A stretch of 64,000 nucleotides of DNA, taken from a bacterium (GTDB taxonomy: Bacteria; Patescibacteriota; Saccharimonadia; CAILAD01; JADZBC01). Shown here piece after piece: positions 62,912 to 64,000 of this stretch (the first letter of the stretch is position 1; every line of letters starts with the position of its first letter). The DNA lies in the NCBI GenBank assembly GCA_020852295.1, contig JADZBC010000009.1, positions 7,081-71,080 on the forward strand, given 5' to 3'. A model generated the notes under the pieces. That model was given only the letters and a program-made list of their open reading frames with translations. It did no database searches and was not told the origin of the DNA. The position numbers and the translations under genes were made by a program.

Positions 62912-64000
62912 ATGAAAATACTTTTTGAAGGCTCACCAATATTTCGCAATCGATCCGGTGTTGGGCAGTATGTCTATCGCCTACTAGACAAGTTGCTCGC
63001 AATCGACAGGGACAACAGTTACTACATTTTTGGTTTTTTATTTGCAGGTAAAAAATTTCAGGAGCCCTATAAAAAACTACCAAGAAATGCTCGGTATAGA
63101 TTGATACGGCTACTGCCATCAAAGGTGCACAATGTTTTGTCTCGACGACTTTTTGTCCCGCCAATAGATGTGTTGACTGGCATGAAAGCCGATCTTACAA
63201 TTTTCACTAACTTCGTTAGGACACCTCTGCCGCTCGGCAGTAAATCAATTACTTTTATCTATGACCTGTCTTTTATCACTTTTCGGAAATTTTCAAATGA
63301 TAAAAATGCCCAACTACTCACAAAACAAGCAGATATAGCCGCGCGCAAGTCAGATAAGATTGTCACAATTTCTGAAAATTCCAAGAGGGAGATTGTCGAA
63401 GAATACGGCATCAACCCGGCTAAAATCGAGATTGTGCATCCGGCATTGGACCACTCAGTTTACTATCGGCGCCCAGCGAACGAACAAAAAAGTGTCGCAA
63501 AGAAATTTCAGATCGACGGCGAATATATTTTGTATACAGGCACCATCGAGCCAAGGAAAAACATCGTCGGTATTATTGAGGCTTACACAAAACTCCCGGC
63601 TGACTTAAAGAGAAAGTATATGCTCGTCTTGGCCGGGGGGAAGGGCTGGAAGGATGAGGAGATTCGGCAGAGCCTGGCGAAGCACAATGGCGAGCGGATA
63701 ATTTTGACTGGCTATGTTGCCGATGAGGATTTGCCAGCATTATACTCAGGCGCATCTCTATTCGTTTTTCCTACCTTCTACGAGGGCTGGGGAATGCCGC
63801 CGCTCGAGGCTATGGCGTGTGGGGTGCCGGTGGTGTGCTCTGATAATTCGTCACTACCCGAAGTGGTAGGCAGTGCTGCCCTAACCATCTCCGCGAATGA
63901 TACCAAGGCGCTAACGCGCGAAATGACAAGAGTGTTAACCGACAAGAAGCTGGCGGCGAAACTGGTGAAGGCGGTCTACCTGCAGGCCAAGAAGTTTGAC
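62912..64000 (+). CDS. GT4-type (GT1-fold) glycosyltransferase. Partial: the 3' end lies beyond the window.
   Basis: RBS AAGGGAGAAG precedes ATG 62912. GYVADEDLPALYSGASLFVFPTFYEGWGMPPLEAMACGVPVV gives the EX7E motif. It is absent from the ORF track because there is no stop in the window. Confidence 0.8.
   Translation, partial: MKILFEGSPIFRNRSGVGQYVYRLLDKLLAIDRDNSYYIFGFLFAGKKFQEPYKKLPRNARYRLIRLLPSKVHNVLSRRLFVPPIDVLTGMKADLTIFTNFVRTPLPLGSKSITFIYDLSFITFRKFSNDKNAQLLTKQADIAARKSDKIVTISENSKREIVEEYGINPAKIEIVHPALDHSVYYRRPANEQKSVAKKFQIDGEYILYTGTIEPRKNIVGIIEAYTKLPADLKRKYMLVLAGGKGWKDEEIRQSLAKHNGERIILTGYVADEDLPALYSGASLFVFPTFYEGWGMPPLEAMACGVPVVCSDNSSLPEVVGSAALTISANDTKALTREMTRVLTDKKLAAKLVKAVYLQAKKFD

Overview
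This 64 kb window looks like the replication-origin region of a small, Gram-positive-type genome, plausibly from a Saccharibacteria/CPR-like epibiont. That taxonomic guess is inferred from gene content only. GC is about 50%. The origin neighbourhood is intact: DUF721, recF, dnaN and dnaA on the minus strand, then rpmH, rnpA, yidD, yidC, jag and mnmE on the plus strand, with DnaA-box clusters on both sides of dnaA. Housekeeping genes include valS, tsaD, a phosphohexomutase, a GDP-mannose pyrophosphorylase, a NUDIX hydrolase, hsp20, comF and two tandem FemAB-family genes. I count three canonical tRNA-Ser genes (GCT, TGA, CGA), one tRNA-Arg and one probable tRNA-Lys(CTT). Between tRNA-Arg and tRNA-Lys lies an array of four tRNA-like elements whose anticodon arms are all non-canonical.

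The most striking block is about 17 kb (25.0-42.2 kb) that resembles a type IV secretion (T4SS)-like apparatus. On the minus strand sit six paralogous VirB2/TrbC-like pilin genes. Diverging from them on the plus strand is a tightly packed operon: a giant VirB6/TrbL-like protein of 1432 aa with a Pro-rich repeat tail, a PrgI/VirB3-like membrane protein, a VirB4 ATPase split into N-domain and ATPase ORFs, a 1161-aa membrane protein ending in a MepA/LAS-type peptidoglycan endopeptidase domain, a tri-domain SGNH-esterase + lytic-transglycosylase + M23-peptidase hydrolase, and a membrane-anchored beta-propeller. No VirD4 coupling protein, relaxase or integrase is present in the window, so I read it as a possible host-interaction or cell-wall-penetration machine rather than a conjugation system.

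The last 12 kb (51.7-64.0 kb) is a surface-glycan cluster. It contains manC, a secreted protein with bulb-type lectin repeats, fcl (GDP-fucose synthase), an ABC-2 exporter pair (Wzm/Wzt-like), a methyltransferase, a GT11 alpha-1,2-fucosyltransferase and four further glycosyltransferases. Part of it is AT-rich.

The first 1.35 kb carries a partial membrane-protein gene at roughly 65% GC, far above everything else here. It may be foreign DNA or an assembly chimera. All functional calls below come from motif-level reading of the translations; I ran no searches.
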